Below are positions 25,886 to 40,354 of a stretch of 64,000 nt of DNA, piece after piece. The translations under genes were made by a program, and so were the position numbers. Each line of letters starts with the position of its first letter. Within the stretch, counting starts at the first letter, position 1. Under the pieces are notes generated by a model. It was not told the DNA's origin. It did not search any database and was given only the letters and a program-made list of their open reading frames with translations. The stretch comes from the human T2T-CHM13v2.0 reference genome, Homo sapiens: assembly GCF_009914755.1 (NCBI RefSeq), contig NC_060947.1. One strand, given 5' to 3'.

Positions 25886-26192
25886 TTTTATTTTTTATGT
25901 TTTTATTTTTTTGAGACAGGATCTTGCTCTGTCACCCAGGCTGGAGTGCAGTGGCGTGACCATAGCTCACTGCAGCCTTAAACTCCTGTGCTCAAGTGAT
26001 CCTTCTGCCTCAGCCTCTCAAGTAGCTAGGTCTACAGGTGCACACCACCATGCTGGGCTAATTTTTTTTTTTAGTAGTGACAAGGTCTCATTCTGTTGCC
26101 CAGACTGGTATCGAACTCCTGGCTTCAAATGTTTTTCCCACCTTGGCCCCCCAAAGGTCTGGGATTACAGGCGTGAGCCACAATGCCTGACC
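25886..26192 (-). mobile_element. AluJ
   Basis: Antisense Alu, J-type 'catagctcactgcagcctt...ctcaagtgatcc'. Confidence 0.93.
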
Positions 26193-28329
26193 TTGAATTT
26201 TTAAAAGTACCTTATAATATTGATATAAAAATTCACCCCAGAATTAGTTTAATTATACATGTGAAAACATAGGTGATAATTTTTGAGAAGAAATATTAAC
26301 AAATAGTAAATAGTAATAAGTAAACTTTTTACTCATTCTAATTATTTCATAGAAGTGTCACAATATTGAATTTTGGTCTGTCATCTAAGGTAGTATCAGT
26401 TCATTTAAATTATTATTTAAATTGTTCATCACAGTAGAAGTCATTATTTTTAAATATTACAGTGAAATGTGCTTAGTTTTATTTTTTAATTTTCAGTTTT
26501 TCTAAATGTTGTGTTGTATTATTATATACATACAGATATTTTATATTTCATTATTATTGCAAATTTTTCCAAGCAGAATGATGTAATTTAAAATAATACC
26601 ATCAATTTTCATTTGAAGCAGTATTTCATATGTAAACATATATTTGATATCCACATATTGGACTTGTTTTTTCCTGCTGAGGAAATCTAATTTATGAACA
26701 GTTGTTTAGTGGGAACACTCAAAGTATTAAGGATAGATTTCACTAGATTAAATTCATGAGGGCTGATAACATAACTTATTTCTATATCATCACTTACAAA
26801 CAGTTACAAACCCTTACACTGAGCGGTCAGCAACTTATTTTAACAACAAACCAAGGTTGGAAATGAAACTGTAGATTTTACACTGATGAAGCTTTTGTTG
26901 CAATCAGCTGATGACCCTATTTAGATGTTCAGCATTCTCCATCCACTGAAGTCAACCTCTGAGCTTACTTAGGCCATAAGTAAAGGAAACTCTCAGAGAA
27001 GCATTCACTCACTGTCATATTTCTATGAGTGAGAGGGAAGCAGAGGATGAGGCTGCTTTGTGATTTCATTTCTCATGCTAGAAGAGAGAGAAGAAATGGG
27101 GGCTCCCTGGGAATTCCAACCGTGCCCAAAGGTAAAATACACAGGAGGACCCAGGTAATTTCTTATCACCTGAAGTAAGAACTGAAGACACTTGTCCTGG
27201 GTCTCCCACTTCCCAATAAGCAAATGCTGAAGGAAATGCTTCCAGGAAAAAAAAAAAAAAAAAAAAGTGGACCTTGACTAAGCCTTCACTGTCCAGAAGA
27301 CCTGGAAAAAAAGAGGCATTTTAAAAACACGCTTTGACCATAAACTAATTGAAACCAAATGAAAGTAAAGAATTAATTTGTCTGTAGGCTAAGGCTGGTC
27401 TTACTTTATGGAACCCAAAACTTCTGTAAATTGAATAATGGAGAAATTTGCTTAAAGATGTCAGAGTTATGATGTTCCCCTCATAAAGTAATGGGAAACA
27501 GCAACAACAACAAAAAAAATGCAAAGCAAAAACTCCATGTTTAATGAAACCAAGGAAGCAAGCTATAAAAGTTTGCCAAACTAACATCCGAAGCTACCAA
27601 CCTCGATATGGAATTGTCACAATGATATTTAGCCTAAACACAGGGGGACTGGAAGAAAAGGGAGAGCTCCATAAATGGGGGAGGCAGATGGGAAACGCCC
27701 AGCAAGTGGGCCTGAAAGAGTAGGCTTTGGGTGTGGGTGTCTCTGTCCCCCCTGGAGACCCATGGTGAGGTAAGGTTGAAGCAGGAGTCACTCAGACATG
27801 CAGTGTGTGCAGCAGGCCAGGCCAGCTGGTAGAGGGGCTGTGTGGAGGGGAGCAGTGGGTGGCAGTCAGCTATGCAGAAGTTTATCTCAGCCGAAAGGAA
27901 ATAATTTTTAAAACACGGAATCTCCACAAACATGCACAGATCTCCCCCACAAACCATATGCAGACCTTCTATTTGCACTGAAGATGGTGAGGAGGATAAA
28001 GAATCCTATAAGTCCCGATGTGATCAAAAGCAAGTCACCTGGGGAGCGAGGGGGTCGGTTAGTAAGGCGCCCTCTGGAGTCCTCCATAGGATACTAAGCC
28101 TAGTCTTGAGTAGCCTAACAGCTATGGTGTTGTGGGAAAACAGCAGCGAAAGCCAAGACTCTTATGCTCAGCCAAATTGCCATTCAGTAGAAATGCAAAA
28201 AAGAGACATTTCTGAGCATGTAACTGAACATGACATTTATGACGTCTCTTGAAACAAAAACCTTGATTGTGAGATCTCTTCAACAAGAAATTAATATAGA
28301 AACTGAAATGAGTATTATGTCCGGTTCAA

Positions 28330-28860
28330 TCAAAGGTCTAACCAATCATGTGAAGTAGGATTACAGAAGAGAATGCAAATATTGTATGTCTTCCTAATGG
28401 GTCATTAATAATTCAATAATTTATATAACATTATTAACAAAATTTCATGGCAGGAGAGGATGTGGGAGACATTTAGGGATGTGGATTTCCTCGTATTTCA
28501 TAGTCAGGAGTAAAAAGATACTGCCTAAAATGAATATATGAAGCAATAGAGGCTTAAATTATATTATAAATGCAATGATGAAAAACCCAAAGATAACCAG
28601 TGGGGAACATAAAACATAATATAGCAAATTGAAATTGACAATGGAGCAGGAAGGGGAGTTAAGAGGAAGCTATGTGCATTGATTTCTCTTAGAGTTGATT
28701 GTTAATAGACCCTGTCTAAAATTAGTAACACATGAAACAGATGTTTGAACATATAATACACTAATAAAGGTAACTACTAGAAGACCAAAAAATTATTATA
28801 TATAATTATCAGCAGCAAAACACAAAGAAAACAGATCATATAGCTGTATAATTTAAGTAT
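28330..28860 (+). mobile_element. HAL1-like LINE 3' region with its internal ~200-bp repeat
   Basis: Two copies of 'atagtcaggagtaaaaagatactgcctaaaa...ataaccagt' / 'ttaatagaccctgtctaaaatt...taaaggtaactactagaaga'. Confidence 0.55.
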
Positions 28861-29550
28861 GGAACAAGAAGGAGGGAGAAATATTTTCCTTTTGTTCCTT
28901 ATTCCCTTTATCCTGTAGGATTTGATTTTTCAAGTTATTTTTTATACTATGGGCCTTTTAATTTTCATAATTTAAACACGAGAGAGCTTTTTTTTCTAAT
29001 TTTCAAATTTTAGATTTCCTTTATGTTTGTATTGGTCTTAAGTGCAAAACTTCTGGCCTGTTTTCTTGGCCAGATTTCAGAAGATAAAGCACCAGATTCA
29101 TTTGTGAGAATTGTTCATAGGGGTCTAACATCTGCTTCAGTCATTGTGACCTCATCTTTATTGAAAAGGAAAGTTGTTTTGGAACTACAATAGTGGGCTG
29201 AGATAAACTGTCTCATAGTCTCATATTTAATTAAATTTTCAAAATGTTTTTGATTAAAACTACCCGGATATGAACTGAATGTCGAAACAGGTTAGACATT
29301 TCAAATTGACTTTGTAATAAGTTAAAAACAGGTCAAGAGACAGGAAATGAAAACTGGAGGTGAGCAAGGAAAATCTCAGAGTAGAAAAAGGTTCATGGAA
29401 AGTTGTTTTAGAATGAGTGTTTTTAAATCTATTGATTAAACCCTTGAAAGAAGGTACATAATGACAGAGCAAGATGTGTGCAAAGTAGAGGATGGCAAGA
29501 AATAAGAAAACATTTGGAGAAGATGTGCTTGCCTATAATGTGTGATTATT

Positions 29551-29851
<301 letters not shown>

Positions 29852-30149
29852 TTATGCTACAGTTCTTTCTAGAAAGCATTGCATAATGGAGATTCCCACT
29901 AAATTTGTAGATCTTGCTGCTATTTTGAAAGCCACCATTTCTGATGACTTACTTTATTGCACCATTGGCACAGCCCCCTGCCCCCCCATTAAAAATAGAG
30001 GAACACGTGACTTGGTTCTTTAGGCTTGAATTTCTCAGCAGCCTATAGATAAACAGTTCGCAGTCTTGGTGATTTCAGTCTTGGACATTTTTCTTTCAAC
30101 TGGGGGACAACCTAGTGACAATCTCCATCATTTCAAAAAAATATGGAAC

Positions 30150-31302
30150 ATTTTAAAGTAAACTTTTTATTAAGGTGTAACACACAGAAAAATGGGCAAG
30201 TCGTAAGTGGACAACTCAAGGAATTTTCATAAAGTAAGCACACACTTGCTTGCAGTTACATCCTAGAACAAGACACATAGCATTACTAGCTCAAGTGAAG
30301 CCTGTCATGCCTCCTTGGCACCACTATCCAGCCAGGGCTGATGTCTATCCTGACTTCAAACATCACAGATTAGTGTTACCTTTTTCAAACTTTAATGGAA
30401 TCATATAGCATGTATTCTTTTGTATTTAGTTTCTTTCACGCAACACTGTGTTTGTGAGTTTCATCAATGTAGTGGTATGTAGGTGTAGTTCACTTATTCT
30501 CAATGTTATAGAATTCTATTGAATGAATATATCACAAATTACTTAGTCATTAAATTGTCGATGGACATTTGAGTCATTTCCAATGATGACCTATTACAAA
30601 TTGTGCTGACGTGAACATCCTACTACATGTCATTTGGTAAATATGTCTGTGTATTTGTGTTGGGTACATATCTAGGAGTGTCATTGTTGAGCCAAAAGGT
30701 ATTTTTCATAGGCTCAGCTTTAGTATTGACTTCCAGTTTTCCCAAGTGTTAGCACCGATTCATTCTCTTACAGCAGTGTGTGAGAATTCCAATTGCATTT
30801 CCACCTCTCCTCAACACTTGCCATTATGGATCTTTTTCTTTAAAAAATTTAATGTCTTTAAAATTTTAATAGGAGGCTCTATTATAAACATCTATAAACC
30901 TTTTTAACAAATTGCTTGACTTTAAAGGAAAATCATTTTTTAAAAATCACAAAGTTTGTAAACCTACTGAGTTTTGCTTGTAAATATTAGCTGTTCTTTC
31001 TGTGTGTGACCAGTCAAAATATCTCGACTCACATGTTTTGCTTGATATTTCACTGAATTCAATTCAATCCAATGTGAACATCAAAGATACGTGGGATTAT
31101 GAACTTCAAATTAACGTTAAAGAATGCTTTTAGGAACTCTACAGATTATTAAATTTTAACTTACTTTGTACCTATCTTTTAAATCTATTTCATCAGAAAC
31201 TATTGATAGGAATGATTCACTTTTAGTTAATGTATCTTTTTCATTGTAGCCATTCTGATGAGTACACAGGGGTCTACTATTGTGGTTTTCAGTTGCATTT
31301 CC
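30150..31302 (-). mobile_element. L1M (L1ME/MC-type) 3' end, interrupted by a 391-bp insert at 30839-31229
   Basis: 'taatggaatcatatagcatgtattc', 'gatggacatttgagtcatttcca', 'tcaacacttg...tctttttc|attgtagccattctgatg...tgtggttttcagttgcatttcc' is contiguous once the insert is removed. Confidence 0.8.
30839..31229 (-). other. Orphan retrotransposed-type insertion of unknown source
   Basis: 13-bp TSD atggatctttttc (30826-30838) / atgtatctttttc (31230-31242); minus-strand ATTAAA signals near the left end. Confidence 0.65.
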
Positions 31303-32170
31303 AAAGAGGGAACATTTTAACAGCAAAAGTAGAGTATAAATGAAGAAAAAGAGATAATCCTTTCCCAAAGAGAATAGTTTGGCAACTTTTGTTGACCTGC
31401 AAATTTTTATACACACATACATATCAAAAATATGAATGCTGGAAAATGACAACATAACATTTTCCTTTTACCATGTTACTTGGATCTTCGTTACTTTTTG
31501 ACATGCCTGTGTTAGTTAGTTTGTGTCTTTGCTCCTGTTGTTATCTAGTTCAACATAAACTCAGGAAAGGGAGCCTGGGTATTCCTTTTGTTCTGGTATT
31601 TCCATTGTTATTACATTCATAATTGAAATTGGAATGAATAGGTATATACTGATTCTGTGAACCTAGAATGGAATATTCTGACCAGACTGAGAAAAGCCAG
31701 TCGATAGCTCATATGCCTGAGGCTCCCCGCAGGGCTAGGACGAGAGTGTGGGTTGGCTGGCTTTCAGGACCAGAGACAGGGACCTTTCCTGGGCATGTGC
31801 CTCTCTGCATGGACTCACAGGGAAGACTCTGAACCTACCTGGACCTACCAACATAGACAGAAATGTATCTCAGAGGAATGTTCTCACTGGTAGTATCTGT
31901 CATTGACCAGCACAAGTCCACAGAGCAGATTTTAGAAAGAACAGCTCGAGCCGATTCTAGAGGCTGTGCTATATCACTCAAACACTTTCTCTGCATGGAT
32001 TGGCCCATCTTAGCTCCCACTGAACAAACCCTTTGGCAATCCATTATTACCCACCTACTAAACATTCTTCCCAAAAGCGTGACTTCTGCCTTGTGGAAGG
32101 CTAGAAACTCATCTCACTGGACTCGCTAGCTGAAGCTCAAAGTATTTGAGTTGCTCATCAGAAAGTTGTT

Positions 32171-32353
32171 CAAGGACAAATTTACCATGAATTATCAACC
32201 CTTAAGCTTCAGAGCTTTTCACTTGCAAAGACCTTTTGTAATACCCTGTATCTAATGTAATTTTGCATTCGTAATTTTGTGTTCATGCTCTTAAAGAGGT
32301 CTCGCTTAAAATTGTATAAACTTCAGGTCCCAGCAAACCTGGATAAGCACCTG
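32171..32353 (-). mobile_element. MER45A-like hAT-Tip100 MITE
   Basis: 'cttaagcttcag...cacttgca...taattttgcattcgtaattttgt...cttaaagagg...aaattgtataaacttcagg'. Confidence 0.7.
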
Positions 32354-32494
32354 GCTTCTGATGTCTAACATCTTATTTGACTGATTTTATTTATTTGTTT
32401 ATTTGTCTTTGAAAGAGAATTTAGAAATTGTATAGACGACTAACAATTCTTTGTGACAGAACATTACAATTAGTTGTGAAGTGTGTTTTGATTA

Positions 32495-32700
32495 ATGAGA
32501 ATAGTGGCCACTATTCACTGAGTGCTCATTTTGCCCTAGGTACAAGTTTCAACAGGATTTCCTTAAACATTCATGACACTCCTAGGAGAAAGACACGACT
32601 ACTGTATTATCCTTACTTTTCACAAGAGGGAAGTGAGCCTCAGAGGAGTTAAAGAAACGTGCCAGGATCATATTTCTAGAAAGTAATAAAGCCAAGGCAC
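32495..32700 (-). mobile_element. MIR
   Basis: 'tattcactgagtgctcatt...tattatccttacttttcacaagagggaagtgagcctcagaggagttaaag'. Confidence 0.7.
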
Positions 32701-32865
32701 TTTGCTTTTGCTAATAATGACCTACTAAAATGTTTAAATGATTTTCTATCTCAAACCTGCTTAAAACATAACCTAGTACAAATTTACTAGCATCCCCAAT
32801 ATTAAATTTTCAACTGTCTAGTAGGTATGTTCTCTGTTGGGAAATAATTTGTCTAACGCAAGTTC

Positions 32866-32903
32866 ATCTCATTCATGACATGTTATCTCATTCATGACAT
32901 GTT
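32866..32903. repeat. 19-bp perfect tandem duplication (atctcattcatgacatgtt x2)
   Basis: Directly visible. Confidence 0.95.
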
Positions 32904-33840
32904 AAAAAAGACAGTCTATTCCCATGTGAATATCAGTCATTTTCAGTGGAGGAAAAATATTAAGAATACCTGAGCTGGAATACCTGTCTGCCATTGTTTC
33001 AGAGGGTATGGGAATGGCTACTCATGCTCAGGAGTGGGAGATTGGCTCGCAGCTTGATGCAGCATCAATGCCATACTCTGCCCCCAACTCAGCAGACCTC
33101 AGAGGCAACCTACAAATCTTCAGACTTATTAAAGAACTGGCTACACAAAAGCCTGAACAAAGCTGAGTTCATTTTCATGGTTTCATGGTTTCACTTTTTT
33201 CCCGACTTTATTCAGTCTCACAAACATTTTCCAGCATCGGATAATATAATCTTGAGCTTTGGATTCAGGCCAAGACGTCATTCCTTTGCTATTTAATGAA
33301 AACCTTTCCTAACTTTTTAGACCCAAGTAAGACACTGCTCCTGACAGTATAGGTCTTTTGAAAATTTAGTTCACTGTGATTATTTTTTTCAAGTAGCTGT
33401 ATAATCATTAATATAAATCATTCTGTTGAAGAACACATTAAAGGAGGTGAAATAATGCTGTATAGAACTATAAAATCTATCCACTAATGTCAAGTGACAG
33501 AATAAGATGTCATTGCCTTTCTTCTCCCCACTGAAGGAACAGGGATTAAAATGTAGCGCAATTAAAGACGTTTGGGGAGAATATTAGCAAATCTCACTTT
33601 ACTGTGTGAATTTCTACGTATCATGGGCTTCTAAGTTTGGTTTTTCCTTGATTTAATCTACATAAATGAAAAAGCCATTTGGAAAACTTATAGTATGGAT
33701 AGCATGGCATTTTTCCTCTAAGGGAGAGGTAATGGGATGGTTTTTCCTTCCTGGTATTTCAGTATCTACTTAGCACATTATAAGCATGCTTTCTGCATTG
33801 AGGTTTATGTCTATACTTGTAGTACTAGTGAGATGCTACC

Positions 33841-34159
<319 letters not shown>

Positions 34160-34438
34160 TGAAGCACTTCCACGTTCTGTAGTTCTCAAAGTGGCTGCAA
34201 AGTTTTAATGAAAGTGTAGTAAATGACAAATGTTATTATATTAGGTGCCTGAGGAAAGTGGGATAAATGAGTGAATTTTCTTCCTCCAGAATGAGAGATT
34301 TTTCAAGATGAGTGTGAGTAGGTGAATTATATGGCTCTTCCTCTCCAGCTTTCTTTTGGAATGAGGTTTTAGTTTTTTTCTATGAGGGAGGAATTTGCAA
34401 CTTTCATATTACTTCTTTGCTCCTAATGTATCAGATAG

Positions 34439-34971
34439 TGTAGGGGCCAAGGAGAAACCTTCTCCTTCACCCTCTGAAGATTCACTGGAAATCGACTCAC
34501 AAAAGGAGAAATAATATTCAAGTTGATTAATGCCCACATGAGAAGGAACGTCAAAGTGATTGCCCCACTCTGCCCTGAGGTGCAGAAGCACATATACCAT
34601 CTTGAGGTTACAGAAAGACTGGGGACGTGGATTTTGGAAAAACAGGTTATGGGAGGGGAGAAGAGGCCCGGCTAGCAAAGAGGATCTTATTGTGTAGATG
34701 AAATCTCATAGGTAGCAGCCCTCAGAGAGAAGAGATGGTGAATGTTTCTTTCAGATCTTTAAGGAGTCAGAGTGTTAATCTTCCTCACATTCGGAAAACG
34801 AAGGGCCTCAGAGAAAGCCTGGGTGCATCAGTGCAGATTTCTTCTACAGAGCAAATCTCTCCTACAAAAGCCAGCTTTGCGGGGCTGCTTCTGTCTGCTG
34901 GCTCTCTGAACAGCCATCTCCAAATATGTCAAAGAAATATATTTTGGGGTGAAATATTTTTATTTTCTTCA
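34439..34971 (-). mobile_element. ERV1 solo LTR, MER34A-like
   Basis: TG...CA ends, 4-bp TSD atag/gtag; 'cagccatctccaaatatgtcaaagaaatatattttggggtgaaatatttt'. Confidence 0.85.
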
Positions 34972-35067
34972 GTAGCAAAATCAAAGCCACTATTTAAAAA
35001 GGGTGGCATTAGGGAAAGATTCTTGGCATCAGAGTCATTTTATATTTGAGTATGAGCTACATACTTG

Positions 35068-35517
35068 GAATGGACTGAATGTTTGTGTCTCTAAAATTCC
35101 TATATTGAATCCTCATCCTGAAGTGATGGTATTAGGAGGTGGGGCCATTAGGAGGTAACTAGGTCATAAGGGTGGAACCCTTGTGATGGGATTAGAGCCC
35201 TCATTAAAAGGGACCCCAGGGAGCAATCTCTTTTTGTCATGTGAGGACACGTGTGACTATAACAAAAACCACTCAATTGTATACTTTAAAAAGGTAAACT
35301 TCATGCTTTTTGAATTACATCTCAATAAAGCTGCTTTTAAAAAATACATGTAACCTTGTAAAATCTATGCATTTTATGGGCACATGTTCCTTTAATACAT
35401 AAATGCCATTGTGCTATTAAAAAAAGCATAGCCACAGTTTGCTGGTGGCTACTGTATTGAACAGCACCAATTTAGAACATTTCCATTATCTCAGTAGGTT
35501 CTGTCTGACAAGGCTGC
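35068..35517 (+). mobile_element. Composite: MLT1A 5' half (~35068-35250), L1M 3' terminus (~35260-35345), MER3/MER33 fragment (~35430-35517)
   Basis: 'tggactgaatgtttgtgtc...gtgatggtattaggaggtggggcc'; 'tgaattacatctcaataaagctg'; 'gtggctactgtattgaacagcac...agaacatttccattatc'. Confidence 0.7.
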
Positions 35518-35959
35518 CCAAGAGAGAAGATACTCTATAGATAGTAGGTTCTCAGAATATTCTTCCCCGCTTCTCACTATTATTCCCTTTTAACCTTACT
35601 TCCAAGCATGTACATTTGTTGAAATGATTGTTTTGAAATCATCTATAAGACTTGTTTCAACTCTAATAAAATTCTTCCAGAAAGCTCTAGGGGAAAGATA
35701 TTTCTTTTACCTAACATCCATTTCTCCAATCCTGGCTATTCTTATTTTAAAATTTTTCCTTGGAAGTATTGGATATTTCATACTTGGGGTATTGATGTTG
35801 GAGGCATCTAATCTCATCCCAGTAAATAAGTAGATACCTTTTCTAGTAGTAGACTTAGAACACTGTATGTCATTGGCACAAATTATTAATATTTTCATTG
35901 GGAGAATTAGCTACTAAAGATTTTAAATTCCTTAACTATACTCAAAGGGCAAAAGAAGT

Positions 35960-36085
35960 GACAACTAACATATATTGGAATATGGTCTGTGTGCCAGGCC
36001 TTGCTAAGAACTCTATATTTAGTGACTCATTTAATCCTCAGAACTCTATGAGGTAGGTACTACTATCCTCATCTTGCAGATAAGT
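35960..36085 (-). mobile_element. MIR
   Basis: 'ctcatttaatcctcagaactctatgaggtaggtactactatcctcatcttgcagataag'. Confidence 0.8.
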
Positions 36086-36404
36086 GTATAACTGGAATAT
36101 AATCTTTAGCCTCTGTAATCTGAACCCAACTGTGTGCAAATCAGATGGGAATTCACTTTACCCAAATCCATGACAACAAGACCTGGCATTGAATAGAATC
36201 CATCATTGGCCACAGCAAACCTAATGAAACTGTAGATCATACAACTTCCTGGGTGACTACATGTCCTGGCAATTTACTCAGGTCTTTCTCTTTCTCTGAA
36301 TTGGGAGCATAGAATGAAAACAAGTTGTGAGCAACCTGAACCCCACAGGCCACATGTGAGGCACATTTAACCTGCTTTATGCCTTTGGGGCTTTGCTCCT
36401 TGAT

Positions 36405-36862
36405 TATTTTAAACAACTTTATTAAGGTATAATTTATGTACCATGCACTCATTTAAATATATAAGTCAATGATTTTTAGTAAATTTACCGAGTTGTGCAA
36501 GCATCACCATAATCACATTAAGATCCCTTTTGCTCATTTTCAGTTCATTCCTGTTCCCATCTCTATTCCCTGGCAACCGCTACTCTACTTTCTGCCTCTA
36601 TAGATGTACCTCTCTGAACACTTCGTCTAGATGAAATCATACAAGACATGCTCTTTCGTGATTGCCTTCTTTCATTTAGCATAATGTTTTCAAGATTCAT
36701 CCATGCTATAACATGTATCAGCACTTCATTCCTTTTTACTGCTGAATTGTATTTCCTTAAATGGATATCCCACAATTTGTTGATCAGTTCTCCAGTTTAT
36801 GAGCGTGTGGGTTGTTATCACATTTTGGCTATTAGGAATAATGCTGCTATGATTTTTTTTTA
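36405..36862 (-). mobile_element. L1MB/ME 3' end
   Basis: 'cttctttcatttagcataatgttttcaagattcatccatgct...cagcacttcattcctttttactgctgaat'. Confidence 0.85.
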
Positions 36863-38018
36863 ACTTTCTACTGCTTTCTCAGATTATGCAATATACACAC
36901 AACTTCTCATTTTTGTCTCTGCCCCCACCCCTCCTAGGTATAGACAAGGAATAAATTAAGACCCCAAGGCCAGTAGATATGTCTCCTATCTGGGGCAAAT
37001 TATTTGTAAGTCCTTATCCAGGGCTCTTGGATGCTTAAGTTAAAGGGCTTATGTATTTGGAGAAGTGACTGTCTTATCTTGTATATCTATTTGGTGATAG
37101 AGGAAATATGGTGGTTCCCATGTTGGTGGCTTCGTGTCTCCAAACTGCAGGATTGCACAGTAAATCCTCCTATATTGCCAGCTTTGTGACTTGCCATTTA
37201 CTTGGACTTTACAATTGTGCATAAAGACCCCCCAAAATCTCAGTTCTTAAGGTGTTTTTTACCCTTCCGTTTTAAATCCCTTCCTTCAGTAAGTAATTTT
37301 ACAGTTTGGTCCCTGGAAGTCTCTGAGAAAAGTCATTACTTACCATGATTTAAATTTGAAGAGAAAAACATTGTGACACCCAGGGAAGGAGAATTCAATT
37401 CTAGTTCTCTAAGCGGAAAAGGGATGGCTTCAAAAATTCAGTGCTGGATGTCTGTAAGAACAAGTGGGGGAACCTCTACTACAAGTGTTCAGAATGGAGC
37501 TATCCCTTGCTCGGTTCCTTATCATTTGATTTATGCCTCACTCAGTGTGTCAGTCCTAATGATTTTTCACTGGCTTTCCAAATAGACATTACTTCTATAA
37601 CCGCAACAACAGTGTAAAATATGCTGCAAAGTTTGCCCTGAAGGGAAGCACTGTCTTTTTTTTTATATATTTAAACAAGGGTACAGAATGCTGGAAGCTA
37701 TCATCAATGCTAGATGGAGAGAATGCAATATCTCTTTCCATGATGCTGCAAATGTCATTGCTGGTAGGTCTATTAATAGCCCAGAGTGATTTTTGACCTT
37801 GGATTTATTAAATTAAAGAAGCTATAAAAATAGAGATGAATAGAATGAACTAACTGATGGAAATCCAGGGCATAGTCCCCATTTAACTATTTTCCCTTAT
37901 GGATATTTAGCATATTATGTGGGGGTGGGAGTACAGAAATATACATAAAATTAATGTTTTCTGTATAACTCCTTTCAGAATGTAAATATTACTCTCAACT
38001 TAATCTGATTGAAAATAA

Positions 38019-38425
<407 letters not shown>

Positions 38426-40354
38426 ACAAAGTTCCATCATTCTTTTGGAAAGCAGGGCATCCGGGGAGGGAGCGGTTTTCCTCTTTCCTTTCTCACACTT
38501 ATGCAGTTGGTTATAGTTCATCTATTGGAGGACAAGGTTGGGGACCCTCGGTGTCTCATGTGTGACATCAAAATCTCTACCTCATTTGGTGATGACCACA
38601 ATAGACATTTAAGGCCATCCCTGGGACTTGACTGAGCCTGTGAATCACGCTTGATGGAGCTGCCCCTTCTGAGATTTTGAGTTAATGCTACTTTTCTATT
38701 TTTAATAGCATTCTTTGATTGTTCAAAGTTTGCTTTTGCTTTTATGTTTGTTTCCCTGGTAGGCTTATCAAGTTGAATGTTACAAACATAGTGGTTCAGG
38801 TACATACTGTACATACTGCACTATACCTTGATCATTAAAGGAATTTGATATTTTAGGTTATGGACCCAATTAAATGATACCAGCCATGTATGTCTCAGTG
38901 TGAATAAGTTCATTTTGATTCTATCCTGAATCTGGTTGGGATTAGGAGGCATTGAGACCAAACTCTGGTAATTATAAAATTTTGCAAAAGATTGGCCCAC
39001 TTAGTGAGTTGAGCTTGAAAATATATAGTTCACTGGGAACATATGGGGATGCCTTAGTTGAGGGCAACCATCCATATATGTACATTGGCAAGCCTGATGT
39101 TTTCAGCCTCGTTTTTTTTATATCAAAACTAAACATGTAGGGGGAAAAAAGATGAAAAAAAGATTGCTGTGTCATTTCCCTTTTACTCAAATTCCAATTA
39201 TGAACAAGTCTGAGTCACTATTGGTTAACAGTCTTCTGAGATGTTAAGAGTAGTCATGCAGGCCAACTGATACAAATTCCTTCTTATCTTCCCACAAACT
39301 TAACAGGTACTAAAATCTCATCATGCTCTGGGTAATTCCTGACATTTCCTTACTAGTTACAAACTAATTGATTGCCAAACTCTGAGTCCATGCTACATGT
39401 TCCTCCATAGAGACGGCAACCAAATCTTTGGGAAACTATTTCAAGAAATGAGTGTATTTGACAATTATTTGGTGTTCAAACAATGTAGTTTTCTGAGAGT
39501 TATGCTTCTGCTTTATGGTTTATTTATTTTCTAGTCACTTGGGAGAAACTCAGAGACATCTGTAGCTTCTTGTATTCTATGGCTTTTTTTTGCTAAAATC
39601 TCAAGCCATGAAAAGAAAAAAAAAAAAAAAAACGGTAAGTATTTTGAACCCTGCAGACCTAAAGGAAGCTCTGAGGCTTTGGAAAATGATCACAGAAGTC
39701 ACCCAATTTTGTTCTCATTTTGTCAGCTCACAGTCATTAGAGAAGATGAAATTTCTCTGAAAAAACAATGAGTCAATGCAGTGTAATTGTTGAGTTTAAT
39801 GGCCTTATCTTACAAAATAATGCAAACTGGTTATTTCTTGAACTATGTCAGACTGTGCAATCCTGACATTGCACTTTTCTGAATCTAGCATTTAAGGTAC
39901 ATTTCAAAGAATACTTCTGTTTGGTTAAGAGATGGCTTTTACAAATAGCCAGAACAATGAAATTTCAGTTGGAATATTAAGGAAACCTCTGTAGGACTGC
40001 ATAAGCAATAAAATTGTCAAGGGGAATAATGGGTTTGCCAACTCTGGAAAGGTTCCAGGCTCAACTTGACATCACCTCTCTGTGATAATTTAGAAACCAC
40101 AGGAGCAGGCTTGCTTTAATGCAGAAGAGCAGGTGGATGAGCCACTGGGCTTTGCTGGGAATGCCAGTCCTGTCTTTCCATTCCCTAAGATTTGATTGGT
40201 TAGCTTTTTCTGCTCACAGGGAAAAAGTTAGATGCAACTTGCTAGATGCAGTTTGAACCCAGTGATTTTCAAATATTTTGAGAAAATGACACGTTTTTGC
40301 ATTATTTTTTGTGTATTTTGGTCTTTGGATATATATTTGAATATATATTTCAGA

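Noticed and set aside
39520-39640. ttttctag acceptor and ACG|gtaagt donor defining a 100-nt exon
   Set aside because: The exon would contain a long A homopolymer and is not frame-preserving; likely chance signals.
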